Below are positions 31,501 through 42,200 of a stretch of 64,000 nt of DNA, piece by piece (positions within the stretch are counted from its first letter, which is position 1; every line of letters begins with the position of its first letter). Below the pieces are notes generated by a model. It had not been told where the DNA came from. It saw only the letters and a program-made list of their open reading frames with translations, and did no database searches. A program made the translations under genes and the position numbers. Source of the DNA: Chrysemys picta bellii (lineage: Eukaryota); the NCBI RefSeq assembly GCF_011386835.1, contig NC_088812.1, positions 11,780,001-11,844,000 of the forward strand, written 5' to 3'.

Positions 31501-34500
31501 GGCTGGGGCAGTGAGCGGCTCCCGGGGCGGGGCGGGGGAGTGCCCCTGAGTCTCTGGGGCATAGGAATGGCAGGGGGGCAGTGCCCCCTGTGGGGGGGAC
31601 GGGACAGTGCCCCGGGGGGGGGGAGATTGGGGACAGTGCCCCCTGTGTCGGGGGTCCTGCAGTCGTGTCCCCCTCCCAGGAACGGCACAGGGCAGAACTC
31701 TGGCCCTTCTGCCCCCTTTGCCCTTCACCCGGCTTTGTTCCCACATCTGCCCCCCGCCCTGCTGTGCCCGCTCGCCCCCGCTGCCCACCCCGGGGAGGCC
31801 TAGGGTCGGGGCCGGCGTCCCCATGGCAGGGCCCTTTGCACGTCTGTCGGCGGTGGCGCAGCAGGAGCTCCCTCGCCCCAGGGCCCCGCGCCCGAGCTGG
31901 CCCTGGTCTGGCGGCAGGGTGCCCGCGCTGGGGGTTACCCGCGTGTGTCCAATGTCCCCCCACAGGGCAGCTTGGAGGATGGGCGGATCATCGACACCTC
32001 GCTCTCGCGGGACCCCCTGCAGGTGGAGCTGGGTAAAAAACAGGTGATCCCTGGTACGTGAGCCTGGGCCCCAATGTGGGGAGGAGGCTGGGCTGGGCCT
32101 CCAGAGATCTGGGCTCTCTGCCATTGGCTGCGTGCGTGCCCTTGGCCGTCACTTAACCCCCCACCTCCCCGGCAAGTGGGGGGGCTGCTCTCAGTCAGGG
32201 CCTGTTCAGCGCCTGGTGCGACAGGGGCCTCTAGGTACTACTGACATACTAACTGCAGTGGAAGGTGCAGGTCTCTGTTGGCGTCGGCTGGAAGGATCAG
32301 GTGCCCCCCGGGCCCCCTGCACTGCTCCGAATCCGGCTGCCCCTGGAACGCACCGACATGTTCCCCTGCCTGTCCTCTCTGCAGTGACAGTCTGTGAAGG
32401 GGCCACCGCCCCTTGCCGGTGTTTGTGTGACAGAACCTCCCCTCCCACGTCCAGCCCTTGCAGATGTTCCGCCGGGTTGGGGGGCGCGGGGAGTATTAGG
32501 AATTCCCCGGCTTGGCCCGGGCTCCAATTGGGAGGCTTCTCTCGTAACCCTGCTGAATGATCAGACCCGTCCAGATCCCTGGCTCCCACTTCCTAGGCAC
32601 CCCGGCCCGCGCTGTCCCTGCCTCACTGGGGCCGCCTTCAGCAGCTTAGCCCCCCTGGTGCCGTGAGCCTGCCAGAGCTCAGCGGGGCCGGGGGCTCGGA
32701 AGGGAGGCCTCCTGCGACAGGGGGTGGGGAGAAGAGCAATCCCAAAGAGGCCCCGTCACCCAGGAGGGTAGGAACCCTTTCAGAGAATCCCCCTGATTTG
32801 TGTCTCTTCTGTGGTTTTTCCCTCCTCCCAGGCTTGGAGCAAAGCTTGCTAGACATGTGCGTTGGGTAAGTGAGGCCCTGGCTTGCTAGCGAGAGCAGTG
32901 ATCGTGTGGCTGGGGAAAGGCATCCTGGCTCCGTGCTCTCGGCCAAAGCAATAGACAAGCTGGGGACCCTCGGCGCTCCCCTTCCGCTCCGGGATGGGGC
33001 TGGATCAGTGGAGTGGGCAGGGGGCTGGAGACCCAAACATGGTAAAAATCAGGTCAGAGCCTAGGCAGGGGCCCAGCTCTTCGCTGTACCTGCATTTTCT
33101 CTCCAGGAAGCTGGGCGTGGGTCCCGGTGTGTGCTCATCTCCAGGAGCAGGAAGGGGGCTCTCTGCCTGCCCTCTGGGCTGGGCTGCCCACTGGGGGCAG
33201 GGGCGAGGTGCTCTCTGCCTGCCCTCTGGGCTGGGCTGCCCACTGGGGGCAGGGGCGAGGCGCTCTCTGCCTGCCCTCTGGGCTGGGCTGCCCACTGGGG
33301 GCGGGGGCGAGGCGCTCTCTGCCTCCCCTCTGGGCTGGGCTGCCCACTGGGGGCAGGGGCGAGGCGCTCTCTGCCTGCCCTCTGGGCTGGGCTGCCCACT
33401 GGGGGCGGGGGCGAGGCGCTCCCTTCCTGCGGACTGGCTTTCTGCAGCCAGGTGCAGGTGGTTGGGCCTGCAAGCACTTGGAGATGCGCATGCAGCCCTG
33501 ATACTAGCCCACCCAGGGCTGGATGCGAAACCACGCAGGAAGCTGCTCTCGGTCACTGAGCCAGTGCCCCAACCACCTGCCGCTGGACGTGCTGCCTTGG
33601 AGAGGAGGCCCTAATGCATTCTCGTTATTTTAACGCCTCCAGGCCCTTCTCCTTGGACACGGGCTGGTACCCTCAGCATCCTGCCCCCAGCCCAGCTCTA
33701 TCGCTTATGTTCTACCCATGTACAATTGCAGTTTGATTCGGCATTAGGCACGTCTTGTCCTGAACTGTGATGGAGTTGTGCTGGGTGGCTGCGGTGCTCC
33801 ACCCCAGCAGTGGTTGCACTTCCCTGGTGGATGGGGTGCCTTGGGCAGGGGATGCTGCGTGCGAACGGCAGGGCTGTGGCTATGCTGCCAAAGGGCAGAA
33901 GGTTGGGCCCTTGCTCTGATGTGCCTCTCCCTCTGCCTGGCAGGGAGAAGCGGAGGGTGATCATCCCGCCTCAGCTGGCTTACGGCAAGCGAGGATCCCC
34001 GCCTGCTGTCCCAGGTAACTGCCGCCTCCGTGTCTGCCCAGCCTGGCTGGACGTGGGATCTTCCTTAATCGGCCTGAGTCTCAGAGCCAAGCCCTGGTGC
34101 CCCCACCCCTGGGCAGAGAGCACTAGGCTGCTGTTAGGTCCCCCCCAGCCCTCTGGTTACCCAGCAACACCTGCTACAGATTCTGCTCCCTGGTGAATTC
34201 AGTGCCAGGCTGACAGACAGCCCCGGAGCTGGACGCTGTGGCCCGCCAAGGAGCGAGGGAGCTTGGGCTCTGTAGCCCCTTCAGTCCTTGGCCTGCCTGG
34301 AGAGGCTGCCAGAGCTGACGTGGCAGGGCTGGGACTCCCCAGAGCTGCAGCTGCCTCTGGTTTGCTCTGGGCAGGGCAGCGTGCGGGTGCCCTGCTCTGG
34401 GGGAGCAGTGCTGTCTGGTGCCCTCCCATGAGCTTGGGCAGTGAGCACATGCCCTGTGCCAGCTGTGTCAGGAGCACTCCCACCTCTGCGGCGTGTGCGG

Positions 34501-34753
34501 GGGGCCCAGCTCAGCCATGCCCCCTCTCTCCCCAGCGGACGCTGTGCTGCAGTTCGACGTGGAGCTGGTTGGCCTTTCCCGGGCCAGCTACTGGCAGAAG
34601 GTGACGAATGACGTGCTGCCCCTGCTCTGCATCGGGCTGATCCCGGCTCTGCTGGGCCTGATTGGCTACCACCTCTACCACAAGGCCAGCAGCTCCCGGG
34701 GGGCCAAGAAGAGGCTCAAGGAGGAGAAGAGAAACAAGGCCAAAAAGAAATAA
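31048..34753 (+). CDS. FKBP11: Peptidyl-prolyl isomerase FKBP11 (FKBP19), 196 aa, 6 exons: 31048-31161, 31257-31322, 31966-32053, 32832-32865, 33944-34014, 34536-34753
   Basis: Leu-rich signal peptide, FKBP domain ([67 protein letters not shown]), TM helix and [14 protein letters not shown]-type ER-retention tail (here [15 protein letters not shown]). GT-AG introns, phases consistent. Confidence 0.95.
33159..33420. repeat. Minisatellite, 5 x 52 bp, in FKBP11 intron 4
   Basis: CTCTCTGCCTGCCCTCTGGGCTGGGCTGCCCACTGGGGGCAGGGGCGAGGCG starts at 33159, 33211, 33263, 33315 and 33367. Confidence 0.93.
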
Positions 34754-35117
34754 ACGTCCTCTCCCCACAGTATCAGCACCTGCTCCGTGGCTGCTTTTGT
34801 CAGGGTCCCTGGGGGAAGCCCTTTGCTCCCCTCCGAAGGGGGCCGGAGCAGCAGGACTGGCTTGAACCTGGCCAAGCCAGCTGACAGGGCAGGAGAGTGA
34901 AGGCATCTCGCTCACAGTGGCCGCCTGCCGGCCCTTTCCCAGGATCAGGCAATCCCAGCGCCGTGCTTCCCTGGGGTAGGGCCTGGCCTGGAGGCTGCAG
35001 CGCTGCACCAGGGCTACCAGCCTGCCTTGGAACGCGGGGGTAGAGCCCTGTGCCTGGAAGCCCCTCGGCTCCCCTACACTCCCCTGTCAGGCGTCACCAG
35101 TGCGATCATTACAACCC

Positions 35118-35123
35118 TTTAAT
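35118..35123 (-). terminator. Probable CCDC65 copy-1 polyadenylation signal (ATTAAA)
   Basis: TTTAAT on +, ~150 bp past the stop. The same signal is at 63248-63253 in copy 2. Confidence 0.5.
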
Positions 35124-35270
35124 GGCAGCTTCCTATGGGCACGGAGTGGGACAGCACCGCCGGGGAAGCGCTCGCCGCTCCTCACGCCCGACTCTCCCAG
35201 CCACGCGCGCCAGGCACAAGCTGCCGCAGCTGGCAGAGCGCAGTTCCCAGCATGCCCCGGGCGGGGCGGC

Positions 35271-38200
35271 TCACAGGATGTGTGGCACCTCGTGGGCAGC
35301 CTCGATGACGTTGTGAAGGGGCGGTTTTCGGGGGGCTCTGCCGGCGGGCCCGGGCGCACGGGGCTTGGGGTTGAGGATGAGCAGTGGGTTGAGCCAGCTG
35401 AGCACCTCGTCGCTCACCGAGATCCCGTCCAGGTATTGCTTGAGGAGCAAGCGCAGCTTCTGGTTCTCCTGGCGCAGCACTGCCTTCTCCTGCTCCAGAG
35501 CCAGCTGCTCCAGCTTCACCTTGTTGTACCTTTGCCAGAAGTGCTCCAGGCCCAGGTAATCCTGCAGCAGCTGCACTTGGAAGGACAGAGGAGAGCTGAG
35601 GGGGGGCTCCCACAATGCACCCATCTGGTTCTGCTTGTCCCCTCAATTAAAGAGCGCTTGGTTCTCAGCAACCTTCTCCCCAGCCGCCCAGTGCGGCACA
35701 CGCTCCACCAGCTATGCCAGCCTGCCTCTAGGTACCCCCAGCGCCCTCCTTCCAGCACCCCGGTTTCACCCCTTACCTGGGCCAGCTGCTCCCCAGGCTT
35801 CTCCAGGGAGACTTGCTCCAGCTCCTCCTGCTCCTCCCTGCTCAGCGAGGAGGCGTAGAACGGCAGCACCTTCTCCTCCTCGGTCTCCAGCTTCCGACAC
35901 ATCTCGGCCAGCCGCAGGGTGAGCTCTGCCTGCGGGGCAAGCGAGGCCTTAGCGGGCCGCTTGGGGACAGCTCGGCGAGCAGTGTGTTCTGGACGCTTTT
36001 CCTGGGGGGTGCTGGATTGTGTTGACAACGCAGGGGGACGGCAGGAGAAGTGTCGCCCTGGGGCCAGGAAGGGATGATGGGTTTGGGGGAAGCGAGTCTC
36101 CCACCAGCCAGGCTGCATGGCTGGGACTTCTCTCTGCTGCCTGTCCTGGACAGGGGCAGCGGTGAGCTGCATTTGGCCAGTGCTACTCCAGGCATGCATG
36201 GGAGAGCAGGTCCCCATGGGCGGGGCAGAGGCCTCTCCTGCAGGGTTAGGGGAACTCTGGCCTTTACCTTTTCGAGGACGCCCCTTAGCTTCTTCAGGGC
36301 AGTGCTGCTCTCCAGGGTGAGCTTGGCCAGGTTGCTCCTGGCCTTGGCCCTGGCCTGGTTCATCTGGCTCTTGAGTTTCTGCAGCTGCTTGAGGACAACC
36401 TCCTTCTCCTCGTGCACACGCCGGTTCTGCTCCTCGGCCTCCCGCATGTGTGCCGCGATCTTGCCTTTCAGGATGCCAATGGAGTCCTGGCAGGGAAATG
36501 GCGCCCGGAGCAGTCAGTGAGTTGTTCAGCGCACCGGGAACCCCACGACCCCCCAAGAAGGCCTGTTTCCTACAGCCAGGGCTTGGGGTGGGGCAGCCTC
36601 ACTGACCTGAATTTTCTGCAGCTTCTTCATCTGCATCTCAATCTCCTTGGAGCTCTTCTCATCCTTCAGCTTGAGGGCCTCAAATGCAATCTTCCGGTCC
36701 TCTGTTGCCTCGGTGTAGTTCTTCAGCGCCTGCTGGAACCGCTTCCACAGCTCCTCCACTGTGCCCTCCAGCTGCACACGCAGATAGTGCTTCTCCTCCA
36801 GGTTCTGGGGGGGAGACATGTTAGCCCCTCACCCACCCTGAGCCACCAGCCATGCCTGCAGAGCCCACCCCAAGGGCTGGAACCCAAACCCCAGGAGGGA
36901 AGCTCCCTCCCTCCAGTCCCACTGGGACTGGGCAGCCCCCTAAGCTGGCAGTGGGGAGGACCTTGTGGTAGAGATGGACTCTTGCCCATAGCCTGTGCCT
37001 TAGCAAGCCCTGCACACATAGGAGTGAGGGGGAGGGGCTCCTCACCAGAGTCCGCCACCAGCTGCTGGCTGAAGAACCAGAGGAAGGCTGGTGTCACCAA
37101 GCCCCTCCCCTGCCCCAGGCTGGCACGGAGCAGCCTCGGCCCAGACCTTGTTCTTGACGTCGTCCCTGGTGCTCTGGAAGTCCAGCTTGGCCTCGTACTC
37201 GCTCTCACTGAAGCTCTGCTCCAGGGCCAGCAGCACATCCCGCAGGTAGCGGCTCTCCTTGTCATGGTGCTCGATGATCATCCCCCTGGGGAAGCCGCAG
37301 GTGAGCTGCCAGGGCTGAGCCAGCCTGGCCCGCGGAGGGGACGGGAGAGCGGCTGATGGCTGCCCAGAGAGCTCTGGGGAGCTGCTCCACAGGGGACTAG
37401 ACCTGGGACGCAGCACAAGAGCCTCATGGCCAGGGATGAGGGCTCGTGGCCCCGGGGCACCATCAAGCTGCCTCCTCATCCCTGTGTTCATCACCTGCCT
37501 GTCTGTGCCCTCCCCCAAAGCGGGCGATCCTCCCCCCCCCATACCTTTCTGTCTCAAACTCCTTCTTCAGGGCCTCCCGCTCGGTGTTGTAATCCTCATC
37601 CAGGTACCTCAGGCGGCACCGCTGGAGCTGCAGCAACTGGTCGATGTTGTGCAGGTGGCTGCACAGGGCATGAGTGTACTGTGCCTCGGCCTCGGACAGG
37701 TCCCTGGCCAGCGACTGTGTGGATGACAGAGAACACTCAGGCACTGCAGCGCCGGCCCCAGAGCCTCCGAGCGCTGTTACCCCAGCAAGCTCAGCGGCAG
37801 CGGGGGCTGCAGGGCGCATGGAACGCTGGTTTGAGCACGTTTGCCCTCCTGCAGCACTTCCTCTCCTTGGGGGGCATTGCTAGCCACTCTTCCAGCCCTG
37901 TTCATGGACCCACAGAGCTACGCACCCCTCCCAGCTCACCCAGCTGGGACCCCCACTGCTTACCCGGATGACACTGTCCTTGCAGTCCACCACCCGCTCA
38001 AAGGTCTGGCTCAGGATCTCAATGTCCTTGCGCAGTTCTCTGGCCTTGACTTCCCGCAGCACCGTGCGCCACTGCAGGTTGATTTTATTCATGTTGAGGG
38101 CGCTGTTGTGCTCCTCCTTCGCCAGCTTGTCCTGCGGGGTGGGTCACAAGGTTACACTGGCCGGGTGGGAGCACATCCCAACCACCTACCGGTATCTAAC

Positions 38201-38719
38201 CCGCTCAAGTGGAACCTGCAGCCCCAAGCACTGCGCAAGCTCCAGATACTCCGCCAGCTCCCAGCAGCGTGCGGCAGAAGGACTGATGGGGACGCCCATC
38301 ACGTACCGCACTGGTTCAGCATTACGAGGGGAGAGCCCGGCTCACGCGGGAGAACGAGGCCCCGGAACGACAGCTCCCTTGGGGGGGACGTTTCAGAAGC
38401 AAAATTATAGGTTTCGATTGTTGGCCCAAAAGTCGACATTTTCTGTCGAATGCCCCCACCCTCCCCAAGCCATTTTCCTGCCCAGCTCCAGGTTCCAGAT
38501 CAGCTCCCAGCGCCCAGGGGGCAATTCGCAGGGGGCACTAAACGGGCCCTGGAGCGGGGCATCCCGCCCCCCCTGCGCCCCGGGCCTCGCCTTCAGGAAC
38601 TGGGTGAGCATGTCCTCCTTCTTCTTGCTCAGCTCCTCCTCCGCCAGCATCTTCTGCTGCATCAGCAGCAACCGCTCCTCCTCGCTCAGCGCGGCCGCCT
38701 TGCGCCCCTTCTTCGGCAT
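35271..38719 (-). CDS. CCDC65: Dynein regulatory complex subunit 2 (CCDC65/DRC2), copy 1, 491 aa, 8 coding exons: 38719-38591, 38131-37964, 37714-37545, 37285-37147, 36804-36607, 36486-36268, 35929-35777, 35570-35271
   Basis: MPKKGRK...[56 protein letters not shown].../[13 protein letters not shown].../...[19 protein letters not shown].../[13 protein letters not shown]...[16 protein letters not shown] matches human CCDC65 as recalled. Phases are consistent. The first intron has a GC donor. Confidence 0.93.
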
Positions 38720-38721
38720 GG

Positions 38722-39174
38722 CTGCGGGGCTGGGGGGAGCCGGGTCAGACGCTGCCCAGGGGGCGCCCCCCACCCTGCACAGGGTCCCTGGTCAGAACCC
38801 TCCTCCCCGGCAGATGGCCCCCTCCCCCCACGGGCCCCCTGCCCCCACGGGCCCCCTGCCCCCATGGGCCCTCTGCCCCCTCCCCCCATGGGTCCCCTCC
38901 CCCCACGGGCCCCCCAGGGGCCCTCTGCCCCCTCCCCCCACGGGCCCCCTGCCCCCATGAGCCCCTCCCCCCATGGGCACCCCAGGGGCCCTCTGCCCCC
39001 TCCCCCCCCAGGCTGCCCCCTACGGGCCCTCTGCCCCCTCCCCCCCCAGGGGCCCCCTGCCTCCACGGGCCCCCTACCTCCAGGGGCCCTTCCCCCCATG
39101 GGCCCCTCCCCCCTGCAGGTGGCCCCCTCCCCCCAGGGGCCCCCCACGGGCCCTCGGCACCCCCCCCCCGGTAC
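38722..39174. repeat. C-rich low-complexity repeat (CCCCCACGGGCCCCCTGCCCCCATGGG-like) filling the putative 5'-UTR intron of CCDC65
   Basis: Degenerate ~20-40-bp units. The counterpart at 59092-59603 differs in length. Confidence 0.7.
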
Positions 39175-39360
39175 CTCTTGATCCTCCCCCCTGCAGCAAG
39201 TCGCGTCGCTCTGTCTCCTAGCAACAGCCGCTTCCGTTGGAGGGGCGGCCCCTGCGGCCCGGGCGCTGACGAGCGGTCGCTCTGGGAAAGAGGGAGGCCC
39301 CGGGCGGGAGTGAGCGACCCCTGCGCCTGGAGGACCCGCCGGGCCCGGCGACCGCCGTGA
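39175..39360 (-). promoter_or_regulatory. Putative CCDC65 promoter and non-coding first exon with an RFX X-box-like motif
   Basis: GTTGCTAGGAGAC on the minus strand (39213-39225). CpG-rich. Donor AAGAG|GTACC at 39175/39174 and acceptor CAG|CCATG two nt before the ATG. Confidence 0.6.
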
Positions 39361-42200
39361 GGTTGGGGAGGGGTTAGTGGGGGGAGGGGGAAGGGGATTG
39401 CAGTGAGGGGGACGGGTTAGTGGGGGGAGGGGGAAGGGGATTGCAGTGAGGGGGACGGGCTAGTGGGGGGAGGGGGAAGGGGATTGCAGTGAGGGGGACG
39501 GGCTAGTGGGGGGAGGGGGAAGGGGATTGCAGTGGGGGGGAGGGGGTTGGGGAAGGGGATTGCAGGGGAGGGGGACGGGTTAGTGGGGGGAGGGGGAAGG
39601 GGATTGCAGTGAGGGGGACGGGTTAGTGGGGGGAGGGGGAAGGGGATTGCAGTGGGGGCGAGGGGGTTGGGGAAGGGGATTGCAGTGAGGGGGACGGGTT
39701 AGTGGGGGGAGGGGGAAGGGGATTGCAGTGAGGGGGACGGGCTAGTGGGGGGAGGGGGAAGGGGATTGCAGTGGGGGGGAGGGGGTTGGGGAAGGGGATT
39801 GCAGGGGAGGGGGACGGGTTAGTGGGGGGAGGGGGAAGGGGATTGCAGTGAGGGGGACGGGTTAGTGGGGGGAGGGGGAAGGGGATTGCAGGGGAGGGGG
39901 ACGGGTTAGTGGGGGGAGGGGGAAGGGGATTGCAGTGAGGGGGACGGGTTAGTGGGGGGAGGGGGAAGGGGATTGCAGTGGGGGCGAGGGGGTTGGGGAA
40001 GGGGATTGCAGGGGAGGGGGACGGGTTAGTGGGGGGAGGGGGAAGGGGATTGCAGTGAGGGGGACGGGTTAGTGGGGGGAGGGGGAAGGGGATTGCAGTG
40101 GGGGCGAGGGGGTTGGGGAAGGGGATTGCAGGGGAGGGGGACGGGTTAGTGGGGGGAGGGGGAAGGGGATTGCAGTGAGGGGGACGGGTTAGTGGGGGGA
40201 GGGGGAAGGGGATTGCAGTGAGGGGGACGGGTTAGTGGGGGGAGGGGGAAGGGGATTGCAGTGGGGGCGAGGGGGTTGGGGAAGGGGATTGCAGTGAGGG
40301 GGACGGGTTAGTGGGGGGAGGGGGTTGGGGAAGGGGATTGCAGGGGAGGGGGACGGGTTAGTGGGGGGAGGGGGAAGGGGATTGCAGTGAGGGGGACGGG
40401 TTAGTGGGGGGAGGGGGAAGGGGATTGCAGGGGAGGGGGACGGGTTAGTGGGGGGAGGGGGGAAGGGGATTGCAGTGGGGGCGAGGGGGTTGGGGAAGGG
40501 GATTGCAGGGGAGGGGGACGGGTTAGTGGGGGGAGGGGGAAGGGGATTGCAGTGAGGGGGACGGGTTAGTGGGGGGAGGGGGAAGGGGATTGCAGTGGGG
40601 GCGAGGGGGTTGGGGAAGGGGATTGCAGGGGAGGGGGACGGGTTAGTGGGGGGAGGGGGAAGGGGATTGCAGTGAGGGGGACGGGTTAGTGGGGGGAGGG
40701 GGAAGGGGATTGCAGTGGGGGCGAGGGGGTTGGGGAAGGGGATTGCAGGGGAGGGGGACGGGTTAGTGGGGGGAGGGGGAAGGGGATTGCAGTGAGGGGG
40801 ACGGGTTAGTGGGGGGAGGGGGAAGGGGATTGCAGTGAGGGGGACGGGTTAGTGGGGGGAGGGGGAAGGGGATTGCAGTGGGGGCGAGGGGGTTGGGGAA
40901 GGGGATTGCAGTGAGGGGGACGGGTTAGTGGGGGGAGGGGGAAGGGGATTGCAGTGAGGGGGACGGGTTAGTGGGGGGAGGGGGAAGGGGATTGCAGTGG
41001 GGGCGAGGGGGTTGGGGAAGGGGATTGCAGGGGAGGGGGACGGGTTAGTGGGGGGAGGGGGAAGGGGATTGCAGTGAGGGGGACGGGTTAGTGGGGGGAG
41101 GGGGAAGGGGATTGCAGTGGGGGCGAGGGGGTTGGGGAAGGGGATTGCAGGGGAGGGGGACGGGTTAGTGTGGGGAGGGGGAAGGGGATTGCAGTGAGGG
41201 GGACGGGTTAGTGGGGGGAGGGGGAAGGGGATTGCAGTGGGGGCGAGGGGGTTGGGGAAGGGGATTGCAGGGGAGGGGGACGGGTTAGTGGGGGGAGGGG
41301 GAAGGGGATTGCAGTGAGGGGGACGGGTTAGTGGGGGGAGGGGGAAGGGGATTGCAGTGGGGGCGAGGGGGTTGGGGAAGGGGATTGCAGGGGAGGGGGA
41401 CGGGTTAGTGTGGGGAGGGGGAAGGGGATTGCAGTGAGGGGGACGGGTTAGTGGGGGGAGGGGGAAGGGGATTGCAGTGGGGGCGAGGGGGTTGGGGAAG
41501 GGGATTGCAGGGGAGGGGGACGGGTTAGTGGGGGGAGGGGGAAGGGGATTGCAGTGAGGGGGACGGGTTAGTGGGGGGAGGGGGAAGGGGATTGCAGTGG
41601 GGGCGAGGGGGTTGGGGAAGGGGATTGCAGGGGAGGGGGACGGGTTAGTGGGGGGAGGGGGAAGGGGATTGCAGTGAGGGGGACGGGTTAGTGGGGGGAG
41701 GGGGAAGGGGATTGCAGTGGGGGCGAAGGGGTTGGGGAAGGGGATTGCAGGGGAGGGGGACGGGTTAGTGGGGGGAGGGGGAAGGGGATTGCAGTGAGGG
41801 GGACGGGTTAGTGGGGGGAGGGGGGAAGGGGATTGCAGTGGGGGCGAGGGGGTTGGGGAAGGGGATTGCAGGGGAGGGGGACGGGTTAGTGGGGGGAGGG
41901 GGAAGGGGATTGCAGTGGGGGCGAGGGGGTTGGGGAAGGGATTGCAGTGGAGGGGGACGGGTTAGTGGGGGGAGGGGGAAGGGGATTGCAGGGGAGGGGT
42001 TAGTGGGGGGAGGGGGAAGGGGATTGCAGTGGGGGCGAGGGGGTTGGGGAAGGGAATTGCAGTGGAGGGGGACGGGTTAGTGGGGGGAGGGGGGAAGGGG
42101 ATTGCAGGGGAGGGGTTAGTGGGGGGAGGGGGAAGGGGATTGCAGTGGGGGCGAGGGGGTTGGGGAAGGGGATTGCAGTGAGGGGGACGGGTTAGTGGGG
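39361..42200. repeat. G-rich VNTR (2.84 kb), 43-bp basic unit with a 120-bp higher-order repeat
   Basis: Unit GGGTTAGTGGGGGGAGGGGGAAGGGGATTGCAGTGAGGGGGAC (27/43 G). 43+77-bp higher-order repeat: lines 41101, 41221, 41341, 41461 and 41581 are identical. Confidence 0.97.

Noticed and set aside
37968-38960. 330-aa antisense ORF over CCDC65 exons 1-2, and other antisense ORFs over DDX23/FKBP11
   Set aside because: Shadow frames of GC-rich coding exons plus low-complexity introns.
39361-42200. Interstitial telomere or CRISPR-like array
   Set aside because: No tandem TTAGGG (the unit has GGGTTAGT once per ~40 bp), no unique spacers, and the context is eukaryotic.
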